Below, in pieces: positions 35,568 to 44,117 of a DNA stretch of 64,000 bases. The number at the start of each line of letters is the position of its first letter. Within the stretch, counting starts at the first letter, position 1. The position numbers and the translations under genes were made by a program. The DNA comes from Candidatus Methylomirabilia bacterium (lineage in GTDB: Bacteria > Methylomirabilota > Methylomirabilia > Rokubacteriales > CSP1-6), in assembly GCA_041496385.1 (NCBI GenBank), contig JBGQEL010000001.1, forward strand, positions 58,495 through 122,494. The letters are read 5' to 3'. The notes under the pieces are model-generated. The model worked only from the letters and a program-made list of their open reading frames with translations. It searched no databases and was not told where the DNA came from.

Positions 35568-36215
35568 GTGGACAAGCTGAAGCAAAACTGGAAGACCAGC
35601 GCGGTCGGCTTCGCCCTTGCGGTGCTCTACTACCTGGGCAACGTCGGCGGCAAGCTCCCGGAGACGAAGGCGGAGATCTACCACCTGGTCGTCGGCGCGC
35701 TGCTGGCGGGCCTCGGGTGGTTCGCCGCGGACGCGGGGCTCCGGATCCCGGGCACCGGCACCGCACCGAAGGCCCTGGTCCTCCTCGCGCTGGTGCCGCT
35801 CCTCGCCGCGTGCGCGGTCACGGCCGCGCTGTCCGTGCTCGATCCCGCCGCCTACGCCAAGCTCATGGCGACCGCGCAGAAGGACGTCCAGCTCGCCATC
35901 GACCTGGCCACGAAAGCGAAGGATCCGGGGGCGCCCTATCGCCTGCGCTGCTACACGACGCTGATCAAGTACACGCAGCCCGCGGCGACCCAGCCGATCG
36001 TGCCGGCGGCCGCGCAGGGCTTGGTGTCGGAATACGAAATCATCGCCGAGGTCGACGCGGCACTCCAAAGCCAGACGAGCGCCCCGTTGATCCCGCTCGA
36101 CGTGCAGGCCGACTGCGCCTATGTCAAGGAACGCATCCTACGATTCGCCGCGCGCGTCGGCGCGAAGGTCGCCCCCATTCCCGGCGGGGGCGTGCTCGGA
36201 GACTTCCTGAAGTGA
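35568..36215 (+). CDS. Holin-like N-terminus fused to an internal lipobox-bearing domain
   Basis: GAGGAG RBS; KQNWKTS + two TMs, then LALVPLLAAC. Confidence 0.6.
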   Translation: MDKLKQNWKTSAVGFALAVLYYLGNVGGKLPETKAEIYHLVVGALLAGLGWFAADAGLRIPGTGTAPKALVLLALVPLLAACAVTAALSVLDPAAYAKLMATAQKDVQLAIDLATKAKDPGAPYRLRCYTTLIKYTQPAATQPIVPAAAQGLVSEYEIIAEVDAALQSQTSAPLIPLDVQADCAYVKERILRFAARVGAKVAPIPGGGVLGDFLK

Positions 36216-36748
36216 TCGCCACCGACCTGCGCGAGGTCCTCCGGCCGGCCGACGTGTTGCTCGTCGGCCGCCGCGGCGGGATCTCCGACGTGATCCGCGC
36301 CGTCACGCACTCGCAGTACTCGCACGTCGCGATGATCGACCAGACCGCGGGCGGGATCTGGATCGTCCTCGAGGCGACGACGGACGTCCGCGGCGTGGCC
36401 GGCCGGCGCCTCGAGGTCATCACCGACGATCCGACCGTCGAGCACCTGGCGCTCCTCGAGCTCAACAGCGAGGACGGCCTCACGGACCACCAGCGCATGC
36501 TGATCACGGATGCGGCGTGGCTTCACACCGGCGAGAAGTACTCGAACCTGGTCAACCTCGAGATCCTCAACCACATCGCCGTCGACGCCCACGAGGGTTA
36601 CAAGAGCGGCGAGAATTGCGCGCTCATGGTCGCCGTGTCCTATCTGGACACGATCGCCCTGACGCCGATCGACGTCGCCCGGCCGACGCCGGAAGCCTGG
36701 CATCTGAGCCCGCTCATGCGGGAGAAGTGGAGCTCGTCGCGCGCATGA
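36212..36748 (+). CDS. Permuted papain-like (YiiX/C92-type) amidase
   Basis: LRPADVLL, IRAVTHSQYSHVAM (His before Cys), LEA, GEKY, NCALMV. Confidence 0.75.
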   Translation: MIATDLREVLRPADVLLVGRRGGISDVIRAVTHSQYSHVAMIDQTAGGIWIVLEATTDVRGVAGRRLEVITDDPTVEHLALLELNSEDGLTDHQRMLITDAAWLHTGEKYSNLVNLEILNHIAVDAHEGYKSGENCALMVAVSYLDTIALTPIDVARPTPEAWHLSPLMREKWSSSRA

Positions 36749-38571
36749 ACGCCCTCGTCCTCGGCGGCCTGGCCGTGCTCGCGCTCCGGTGGCTGAAGCC
36801 CGCGCCGGCCGTGGATCCCGCGCACCCGCTCGCGACGTCGACGTCGCTCGCCGCCGGCCAGGCCGGCCAGGGGGCGACCGGCGCGATCGCGACGGGCCAG
36901 CAAGCGCTCCCGGGCTCAGTCGTGACGCTCGACCAGGCGACGGCGCAGGCCTTCCGTGGCTACGCGCGCGGCAATTCGGCCGACTATCAGACCTGGCTCG
37001 ATCACTACGCCGGCGCGCTCGAGGCGCGGCCGACCGGCCTCGTCGTCCACCAGGCGCCCGCCGGCGGCTTCCAGCTCTCCGACCAGATGCTCGCGGCCAT
37101 CGGGCTCAAGGCCGCCAAGACGCTGCTCGACGTTCTCAACGGCGCCACCGTCACCCAGGTCGTCATGGATCTGACAGGGCTCGCCTCGCTCCCCGCGTCA
37201 GTCGCGACCGGCCTGCCGGTGGCGGCGATCATCAGCGTCGGACAGACCTGGATCCAGGCGCTCACGAGCTCCCCGGCGGCGGCGGCCGCGGAGCTCGTCG
37301 ACGTGCCCGGCGGGAGCGCGGCCGCGGCCGGCCTGGCGGACGGGACCGTGCAGCTCGTCGACATCACGCCGGCGCTGGCCGCCGAGCCGATCACCGTGGC
37401 CGATCTCACGCCGGCGGCCGCGAGCTCCTTGGAGTCTTCGATCGCCACCGGCGGCGTCGCCACGGGTGGCGAGCTGGTGCTCGAGGCTCCGCCGATCTCG
37501 AATCTCGGCGGGCTCCTGCAAGGCCTGGGGATCGCCGGCCTCGCGGTCGACATCGGCTTCACCATCGCGTCGAACAAGCCGGACGTGGTGAAGGGCATCG
37601 ACACGGCGCTCGACACGGCGGCGATCGCCTGCCTCATCTTCGCCGAGACGGGCGTCGGCATCGTCCTGGCCGTCGTGATCGAGGTCGTCAAGTTCATCTT
37701 CGATCTCTTCAGCGGGACCCTCTTCGGCGGCGGCCTCTCGCACACCGAGCGCGAGGTCCTCGAGACGGCGCGCTACGCCCGGAACCTCGAGCCGATGTTC
37801 CCCGAGATCGCCGGGGCGCTCACGCCGCGCGAGCTGCTCACCGTGCTGATCCACTGGGGCTCGGGCGCCTGCGGCGGGATCGAGCAGATCGCGATGATGA
37901 CCTGGGTCACGATGCCCGCCGGCGCGCGGGTCCGCGTCGGCGGCCGCGCGGCGACGCTGGCGGCCGACACGCTCCTCTACTTCGCGGCGCCGGGCTGTGC
38001 GATCTACAACACGCCGGCCAACTATGCCTGGGGCGCGACCTGGGCCGGGATCACCTTCGACGAGCTCGCGGTGATCCTCACGCAGCACGCGGCCACCTTC
38101 CAGGCCGAGGCGCAAGCGGGGATCGCCGAGTGGCGGAAGGCGCCCTTCAACACCGAGGTCGTCCACCTGGTACAGGCGCGGATCAAGCCGGCGGCCGGCA
38201 TGATGGCGCGCGGCTTCACGCTCGACGACATCGACGACGTCGCCGCCGAGTATCGGCGCCAGCCCAAGCTCCACGCTGTCGCCAACTTCTTCGGGTTCAC
38301 GACCTGGCAGCCAATGATCGGCGCGATCTGGGCCGCAGAGTGGAAGACGTTCGTCGACCGGAATCCGCACGGCACGCTGACGCAGTTCGCCCGCGAGCTC
38401 GGCTATGCGTCGGCGCGCGCCTGGCGCGACGCGGGGATCCTGTCCTTTGAGGTCTTCTACGATCGCATGACGAGCCTGCAGGCCGTGCAGGCCGCGCTAC
38501 AGCTCACCGTGGGCGCCCCGGCGGCCGCCATGGCGCCGGCGAGCGTGCCGGCCGTCGAATCGACGCCCTGA
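36745..38571 (+). CDS. Large Ala-rich protein, putative genome-delivery/ejection protein
   Basis: 608 aa; N-terminal TM and a central hydrophobic hairpin; function inferred. Confidence 0.55.
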   Translation: MNALVLGGLAVLALRWLKPAPAVDPAHPLATSTSLAAGQAGQGATGAIATGQQALPGSVVTLDQATAQAFRGYARGNSADYQTWLDHYAGALEARPTGLVVHQAPAGGFQLSDQMLAAIGLKAAKTLLDVLNGATVTQVVMDLTGLASLPASVATGLPVAAIISVGQTWIQALTSSPAAAAAELVDVPGGSAAAAGLADGTVQLVDITPALAAEPITVADLTPAAASSLESSIATGGVATGGELVLEAPPISNLGGLLQGLGIAGLAVDIGFTIASNKPDVVKGIDTALDTAAIACLIFAETGVGIVLAVVIEVVKFIFDLFSGTLFGGGLSHTEREVLETARYARNLEPMFPEIAGALTPRELLTVLIHWGSGACGGIEQIAMMTWVTMPAGARVRVGGRAATLAADTLLYFAAPGCAIYNTPANYAWGATWAGITFDELAVILTQHAATFQAEAQAGIAEWRKAPFNTEVVHLVQARIKPAAGMMARGFTLDDIDDVAAEYRRQPKLHAVANFFGFTTWQPMIGAIWAAEWKTFVDRNPHGTLTQFARELGYASARAWRDAGILSFEVFYDRMTSLQAVQAALQLTVGAPAAAMAPASVPAVESTP

Positions 38572-38846
38572 TGCCGATCACCCTCAAGGACGTGGTCGCG
38601 CCAGCGGTGCTCAAGGCCGTTGACACGCTGCAGGCCTCGCTCGAGGCCATGGCATCGCGGGCCAACGCTGCGGCCCGGGGGACCGCGTACTACGACGCCG
38701 GCGGCGGGTTCTTCATGCCGGATGCCTCAGTCCAGGCCACGATGTACTTCAAGAAGCCGGACGGGACGATTGCGGCGGTCGTCACTTCGGCGTGGGTCGG
38801 TACGAGTGCTGGGCTGGGGCCGTACCCGGGTTGGGTCCTGCTGTAA
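38571..38846 (+). CDS. Hypothetical phage protein
   Basis: TGATG coupling. Confidence 0.6.
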   Translation: MPITLKDVVAPAVLKAVDTLQASLEAMASRANAAARGTAYYDAGGGFFMPDASVQATMYFKKPDGTIAAVVTSAWVGTSAGLGPYPGWVLL

Positions 38847-38877
38847 ACCCCTCGAACGAGAGAAAAGGAGACTGATC

Positions 38878-39213
38878 ATGCGTCGAATCGTGATCGCACT
38901 CGCGATGGTGGTAGCGTTCGCGGCGTCGGCCGACGCCTGGACGAAGACGTTCACCTGCGGAGGCTCGCCCAGCGCGACCGGCTTCAAGCTGGACTCGTCG
39001 GTCGACGGCGGCGTGACCTGGGCCGAGGCGACGAATCCGGCCGCTCGCCCGGCCGCGTGCAGCTTCGCGGTGACGAGTGCCGTCACCGGCACTGTGCTGC
39101 TCCGGTGGTCCGCCTGCAACGCGGCCACCTGCAGCACGTTGACCACGGACGGAGCGTGGCACCAGGAGAGCGCTGCACTCCCTTTGCCCCCGACGTCAGT
39201 GGGATCGCAGTAG
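38878..39213 (+). CDS. Secreted FN3/Ig-like small protein
   Basis: AAGGAG RBS; signal MRRIVIALAMVVAFAASADA; SSVDGGVTW; 4 Cys. Confidence 0.7.
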   Translation: MRRIVIALAMVVAFAASADAWTKTFTCGGSPSATGFKLDSSVDGGVTWAEATNPAARPAACSFAVTSAVTGTVLLRWSACNAATCSTLTTDGAWHQESAALPLPPTSVGSQ

Positions 39214-39691
39214 GCGACGGCGCGTGTACCTACGACTCCGGCGCGGTCTACGATTCCCCCGCGTGCCGGTACCAGTGAGATCCTGAGCGATGAAGCTCCT
39301 CCCGATGCGCGGGCTCCTGCGCGGGGACGACCTGATGGTCAGGCGGCGCATGACCGCCAAGCATCTGGCCGTGATCCGCGCGCTCTTCCCGGCCAACCGC
39401 GGCCGCGCCGACATGCCGATCATGCCGCTGGGCGACTGTCTGCGCGTCGGCCGGCGCGGCGGCGTCTGCACCAAGCCGCTCGATCATCCGGGCCGGTGCG
39501 ATCCCTGACCATGGACATCCAGCTCGGCCGCCAGAGGTACACGGTCAGCCCGGGCGTCGGCGTTGCGGTCGCGATCGGCGCGGCACTCCTCGAGGGCCTG
39601 GTGGCCGCCACCGCGGCCGCGCCGGCGCCCGGGCGATCGCGCGGGCGTCGGCGCCGGCGCGCTCGAGGTCGTATCGCGGTGAATGTCCAGC

Positions 39692-39766
39692 GCGCGCTGT
39701 CGGCCGGTGTCGACGCGGCGACGAAGAGCTCGCCGCGGCGGGGTTCGACTCCCCCAGCGCGTTCCA
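39692..39766 (+). ncRNA. tRNA-like cloverleaf (non-canonical) ending in CCA
   Basis: 75 nt: 7-bp acceptor, 6-bp arm, 7-bp arm with 8-nt loop, GGGG-TTCGACT-CCCC T-arm, T-CCA. Confidence 0.45.
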
Positions 39767-39803
39767 CGATTGACTTGACGCCCGACGAGTACCGCGTGAT
39801 ACG

Positions 39804-40289
39804 GTGATCGGCGATCACCCTTCCGCAACGCCTCTTCGGGTAAGGAGGACGGCGGTGCCGATTCTGGTTCAGGCGGAGCCCTACTGCACGTGTGTGCTGC
39901 CGGCCGCGCTCGCGGCCGCGGCGGCGATCGCCATCGAGCTCCGGTGTCAGCTCGACGTCGACCACGGGCCGGCGCCGGATCACCTGGCGCGCGTCCTGAC
40001 CGAGACGTGGAGCTGCTCGGTCACCTGGCGTGACGACGGCACGCTGATCCCGCTCCGCGCCGTCCCCGACAAGCCCGTCTGCCGCGAGGTCCTGCCGGTC
40101 GAGCTCTGTGCCGAGCTCGGGATCGCCGCCGGCGCGCTCTCGTGCTCGATCGAGGCGCGCCACCGCGGCGGCTGCGTCTCGCTCGGGACCACCGGGCGGG
40201 ATACCGCGGTGAGTGTGAGCTGGTGGCCGCGGCGGTCCTGGGACGAGCCTTTTCAGCCGGTGCGTAAGATTGAGGAGGCCGCGCCATGA
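39804..40289 (+). CDS. Hypothetical phage protein
   Basis: ORF coupled to the next gene; real start may be GTG 39854 after AGGAGG. Confidence 0.5.
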   Translation: MIGDHPSATPLRVRRTAVPILVQAEPYCTCVLPAALAAAAAIAIELRCQLDVDHGPAPDHLARVLTETWSCSVTWRDDGTLIPLRAVPDKPVCREVLPVELCAELGIAAGALSCSIEARHRGGCVSLGTTGRDTAVSVSWWPRRSWDEPFQPVRKIEEAAP

Positions 40290-40708
40290 GGTTCTACGGC
40301 GTCCGCTGCGACTCCTGTTTGCGTGAGGCCTACGCGCCGGACAGCGGACGGTTCGGTCAGCCGGAGCTCCCGGAGGGCTGGGTCGCTCTTCACCTCGAGC
40401 GTGGCGGCGCGCCGAAGATCTCGCCTCAGCAAGCGCTGATCGAGGCCCTCGGCACATGGATGGTCCAGGCTCAACAGGCGTCGGCGGAGGGCGACGAGGA
40501 CACCGTCAAGCGCCTCATGGGCGAGCTGCTCGCGATGACGTCCGGGATCACCCGTCCTGGCGTCGACGACGTCGCCGCGGCCGCCGCGCAGCGCGATCTG
40601 AATATCTGCCCGTCGTGTGCGGAGCTGCACACGATCATCACGCTGCGGGGCGCGCCGCTGATCGGCCCCGCGCGGACGGCGCCGCCCGCTGAGGCGCCGC
40701 GGGCATGA
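40286..40708 (+). CDS. Hypothetical protein with split CxxC...CxxC
   Basis: GAGGAGG RBS; CDSC...LPEGW...ICPSC. Confidence 0.65.
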   Translation: MRFYGVRCDSCLREAYAPDSGRFGQPELPEGWVALHLERGGAPKISPQQALIEALGTWMVQAQQASAEGDEDTVKRLMGELLAMTSGITRPGVDDVAAAAAQRDLNICPSCAELHTIITLRGAPLIGPARTAPPAEAPRA

Positions 40709-41370
40709 AGCGCGCGGCGCTCTACGCGCGCGTGTCGACGCTCGAGCAGCCCGGCGGCCTGGCCATCCAGCTCGAGGCGATGCGCGCCTACGCGGCCGCG
40801 CGGGGCCTCGCGACGATCGAGTGCGTCGACGAGGGCGTCAGTGGATCCCAGGCCCACCGCGCCGCGCTCGACGCAATGCTCCTCGCGGCGCAGGCGCGGA
40901 AGATCGACCTAGTGATCTGCACGAAGCTCGACCGACTCTTTCGGAGCGTGCGCCACCTGGTGACGGTCGCCGGTGAGCTCGCGGCCGTCGGGGTCGACCT
41001 GGTCGTCCTCGACCAGGCGATCGACACGTCGACGCCGGTGGGGCGGCTGCTCTTTCACGTGCTCGCGGCGATCGCGGAGTTCGAACGCGATCTGATCCGC
41101 GAGCGGGTCATCGCCGGCGTCCGCCGCGCGCAGCAGCACGGCACCCGGAGCGGCCGGCGGATCGGCCGGCCGAGGAAGGCCTGGCTCGAGCGCGCCGAGC
41201 TCGAGCAGCTCCGGCGCGCCGGCGCGTCGCTCGGCGCGATCGCGCGCCGGTTCGGCGTCCACACCACCCAGGTCCGCCGGGCCCTGGCGGCGGGTGACAA
41301 ACCCGGGGCCCAGGCGCCCCCCGAATTCCCGGCAATTCGGCGCCTCGCCGCCGTCGGCGCCGCCGGGTGA
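40705..41370 (+). CDS. Small serine recombinase (resolvase/invertase family)
   Basis: YARVST..Q, DEGVSG, KLDRLFRS, AEFERDLIRERV..G, GRPR, C-terminal HTH. Confidence 0.93.
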   Translation: MKRAALYARVSTLEQPGGLAIQLEAMRAYAAARGLATIECVDEGVSGSQAHRAALDAMLLAAQARKIDLVICTKLDRLFRSVRHLVTVAGELAAVGVDLVVLDQAIDTSTPVGRLLFHVLAAIAEFERDLIRERVIAGVRRAQQHGTRSGRRIGRPRKAWLERAELEQLRRAGASLGAIARRFGVHTTQVRRALAAGDKPGAQAPPEFPAIRRLAAVGAAG

Positions 41371-41441
41371 CGAAGGACCAGGTTTGTGATGGGGGCTCGG
41401 CGCTGCCGGACTGATCGGTTCACCGGGCTCCAGCTCGTGGA

Positions 41442-41735
41442 GTGGGCGGACCTTGTGTTCGCCTATCCCGAGCTCATCCGCTATTTGATCGTGTGGCGCA
41501 ATTGAAGAACGGCCGCGCCCCGTTCGTCCTCCGCCAGCGCAAGCGCCTCGAGCGCGGGGATCCGATCAAGCTCGAGGGGATGACGCCCGACGGGGCGCGC
41601 GTGATCTACTCCGGCGTCGTCGTCGACGTCTCGCCGGATGGGAAGACGGTGCAGGCGAAGGTCCGCACCGAGACCGAACTACTCGACGTCACGCTCGAGA
41701 TCCCGGAGCTCCCGGGGATCGCCGGCCGGCGCTAG
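41442..41735 (+). CDS. Small hypothetical protein
   Basis: Coding-like ORF; start uncertain. Confidence 0.45.
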   Translation: MGGPCVRLSRAHPLFDRVAQLKNGRAPFVLRQRKRLERGDPIKLEGMTPDGARVIYSGVVVDVSPDGKTVQAKVRTETELLDVTLEIPELPGIAGRR

Positions 41736-41750
41736 GCTCGCTCCGCCCCG

Positions 41751-41993
41751 TTACTTGTGCATCCCCATCGAGATCAGCACGTAGCGTGCGCCCTCGATGC
41801 GGAAGTAGAACCGCCAGGCGCCGGTGATGCGAGCCTGCCAGAGATCGTCGGCCTCGGCGTACTTCTTGGCGTGGAGCGACGGGTGCCGGAGATTCTCGAG
41901 GAGGAGGGCGACCTTGCGATCGACGCTACGCTGGATCTCGCGCGGCGCGCCGCTGTAGTCCCGCTGGAAGCGTTCAGTGTAGAACGCCTCCAT
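41751..41993 (-). CDS. RelE/ParE-superfamily toxin
   Basis: TERFQRDY, ENLRHPSLHAKK, WQARI...WRFYF, GMH. Confidence 0.82.
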   Translation of the reverse strand: MEAFYTERFQRDYSGAPREIQRSVDRKVALLLENLRHPSLHAKKYAEADDLWQARITGAWRFYFRIEGARYVLISMGMHK

Positions 41994-42188
41994 CTACCCG
42001 GCGGCTCGGCGACTCCGACGGTTGCGGTGCAGGTCCTCGACCAGATCTTTCGCCGATGTGAAGGGCCCGTGGATCCGGCCCGCCGCCAGGTCTTCGAGAC
42101 CTTCGCGGATCCCTTCGGCCGGAGACGTCGGGACGTTCCGCCGCCGACGGGCGAGCTTGCGAGCGCGGGGGCGGGCGCGCGTGGCCAC
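41994..42188 (-). CDS. Cognate antitoxin
   Basis: IREGLEDLAAGRIHGPFTSAKDLVEDL; abuts the toxin gene. Confidence 0.75.
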   Translation of the reverse strand: MATRARPRARKLARRRRNVPTSPAEGIREGLEDLAAGRIHGPFTSAKDLVEDLHRNRRSRRAAG

Positions 42189-42239
42189 GGTCAGATTATA
42201 GCGCAGCCGCTTCCCGGGGGATCCACCGCCGACGCCGCG

Positions 42240-42701
42240 CTATATCGGCCTGACCTCGAGGCGCAGGCCCTTGTCGCCGAGACACCTGAGCGCCAGCGCG
42301 ACGATCCGGTCCTTCTCAGTGGACCCGAGATCCGACCCATGCGGCCCCATGTAGGGGCTCGGGGCTAAGAGGGACGCCCAGGACAACACGGTGAGCGCGC
42401 CGGCGCCCGCGTCGCCGCCGATTCTGGCGTTGCCGGGCTCCACGCCGTTCGCCTTTAGGACGGCGACGTCGTTGCGGTTCGCCTGGGCCCACTCCTTACA
42501 CGTCTGCAGCTCAGCGATCGCCGCATCGCGCGTGTAGCGGGCCCGGTCGTAAATGAGCGTCCACTGCGTCCCGACGGGAAGTGGCGAGTTTGCTGTCCCC
42601 GTCGACGCGACCGTCCCGACGACGACAGGTGATGCAGTTTGGGGCAGCGTCGCGCAGCCGGCCCCGGCCGCGATCGCGACTAGGAGGCTTGCGAGTTTCA
42701 T
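42240..42701 (-). CDS. Lipoprotein (candidate lysogen-expressed/exclusion factor)
   Basis: MKLASLLVAIAAGAGC lipobox; same leftward operon as the putative repressor. Confidence 0.65.
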   Translation of the reverse strand: MKLASLLVAIAAGAGCATLPQTASPVVVGTVASTGTANSPLPVGTQWTLIYDRARYTRDAAIAELQTCKEWAQANRNDVAVLKANGVEPGNARIGGDAGAGALTVLSWASLLAPSPYMGPHGSDLGSTEKDRIVALALRCLGDKGLRLEVRPI

Positions 42702-43108
42702 TGCGCTCCCTCCCGGCGCCTCCTCGGCTGAGACTTCGTCCGGATCACTCGTTCGTGCATCGCCTGGATCCAGGCGCGCACGTGACCAAAAAGGTCCGGA
42801 TCGCGTGCCTGGATGTCGCGGAGATTCCGGAAGACCTCGAGCACGATGGGATCCCGTTTCGCAATTTCCACTACTTCCCGCACCCCCCGCGGCTCACCAT
42901 CTTTAGGGGGCAAGCGGCGGGCCAAGCGTACACCGACACCAAAGTAATTCAAGACCTGCGGCAGGAGGACGTCGGCGGGGACCCCGAGCTTGCGCCAATT
43001 GCGACGCGTCTCTTTCGTGCGCGCCGAGCGCCAGAGATCCGCCTCGGAGCTGAAGTACCTCGCGGCCTCAGCCCAGGGTGTCCTGTAAACGTGCGTCTTT
43101 CTAGCCAT
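42698..43108 (-). CDS. Putative repressor-position protein
   Basis: Divergent from the Cro-like gene; only weak HTH resemblance. Confidence 0.5.
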   Translation of the reverse strand: MARKTHVYRTPWAEAARYFSSEADLWRSARTKETRRNWRKLGVPADVLLPQVLNYFGVGVRLARRLPPKDGEPRGVREVVEIAKRDPIVLEVFRNLRDIQARDPDLFGHVRAWIQAMHERVIRTKSQPRRRREGAQ

Positions 43109-43111
43109 AGT

Positions 43112-43160
43112 CGAATGAAGGCACTTTGGGCTTGACGGTGCCCTCATTCGGCACTAGCCT
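43112..43160 (+). promoter_or_regulatory. Genetic switch: sigma70 promoter TTGACG-17-TAGCCT with an inverted-repeat operator
   Basis: -35 at 43132-37, -10 at 43155-60; CGAATGAAGGCAC (43112-24) / GTGCCCTCATTCG (43138-50) 12/13 dyad. Confidence 0.7.
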
Positions 43161-43170
43161 TTGCCCCCTG

Positions 43171-43404
43171 ATGGTCGCACGAACCCCGGACGAACAGGAA
43201 GGTTTGCGGGCCGCGGCGCGCGAGCGTGTGAAGCGCGCGTTGTGGCGGAACGGCTTCAGCTTCGAGGACGTGGCGCGCCGCGCGCGCGCCTCGTACCGCT
43301 ACGTCCAGTACGTCCTCAGCGGCCAGCGGGGCGCGGTGCGTGGGAAGGCGCTGCGCGTGATGGACGTCGTGCGCGAGCTCACGCGGCGCCGGCGGGCGGC
43401 CTAG
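43171..43404 (+). CDS. Cro/Ner-like HTH regulator
   Basis: LWRNGFSFEDVARRARASYRYVQYVLSGQR. Confidence 0.78.
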   Translation: MVARTPDEQEGLRAAARERVKRALWRNGFSFEDVARRARASYRYVQYVLSGQRGAVRGKALRVMDVVRELTRRRRAA

Positions 43405-43479
43405 AAAAACGAAACGGGTCACACGGCCCTCTTCCGGGCCGGTGACCCTGACCACCGCAACCTTCGCGAGAGGTTGGCA

Positions 43480-43740
43480 ATGGCTGAATCGGTTGTAGCA
43501 CGACCCGCGGGGATCCCCAACGGGCTCGGCGCCGCGCTGAGCGCGTTGTTCGTCCTGCCCGATCGCTCAGGCTACTTCGCGATCCTCCATCCCGACGTCG
43601 GCCTCGCCTGCCCCGGCTGCCGGCGCGCGATGGCGTTCTGTATCGTCACCCAGCACATTGACCGCGCGGCGGCCGCCGGCGCGGCGTCGACCTGGTCCTA
43701 TCGCTGTCTCGCCTGCCCGGATCTCCCGGTCGCGGCGTGA
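43480..43740 (+). CDS. Zinc-ribbon hypothetical protein
   Basis: CPGC...CLAC. Confidence 0.55.
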   Translation: MAESVVARPAGIPNGLGAALSALFVLPDRSGYFAILHPDVGLACPGCRRAMAFCIVTQHIDRAAAAGAASTWSYRCLACPDLPVAA

Positions 43741-43853
43741 TCTGCTGCACGCTCGACGGACGCCGCGGCGACGTCCTCGAGGAGTTTTTCACCCGCGGCC
43801 TGTGCGCGCAGCAGGCCGTCGACGCGATCCTCGATCGCGAAAGGAGACGACAC

Positions 43854-44033
43854 ATGGCTCGCTCCAAGCAATCCCGCACTCCCCGGCCGGCCTTCGGCGG
43901 CTACAAGATCTCGTTTGCCGGCCAGCAGCGGACGCTCGAGCAGGTCTTCGGCGCCGAGCCGATCCCGCCCTCGGCGATGACGAAGAAGCTCTGGGACCAC
44001 GTCAAGAAGCACGACCTGTCGCGGCGCGGCTGA
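43854..44033 (+). CDS. Small SWIB/MDM2-like domain protein
   Basis: AAGGAG RBS; LEQVFGAEPIPPSAMTKKLWDHVKKHDL resembles the SWIB core. Confidence 0.65.
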   Translation: MARSKQSRTPRPAFGGYKISFAGQQRTLEQVFGAEPIPPSAMTKKLWDHVKKHDLSRRG

Positions 44034-44117
44034 CCCCCGGCCGCCCGCTCCCATGAACCAACGAACGGAGCGCGCACTCCGTGAGATCGAGTTCTTCCAT
44101 CGGCCGGTCTACCGGGC

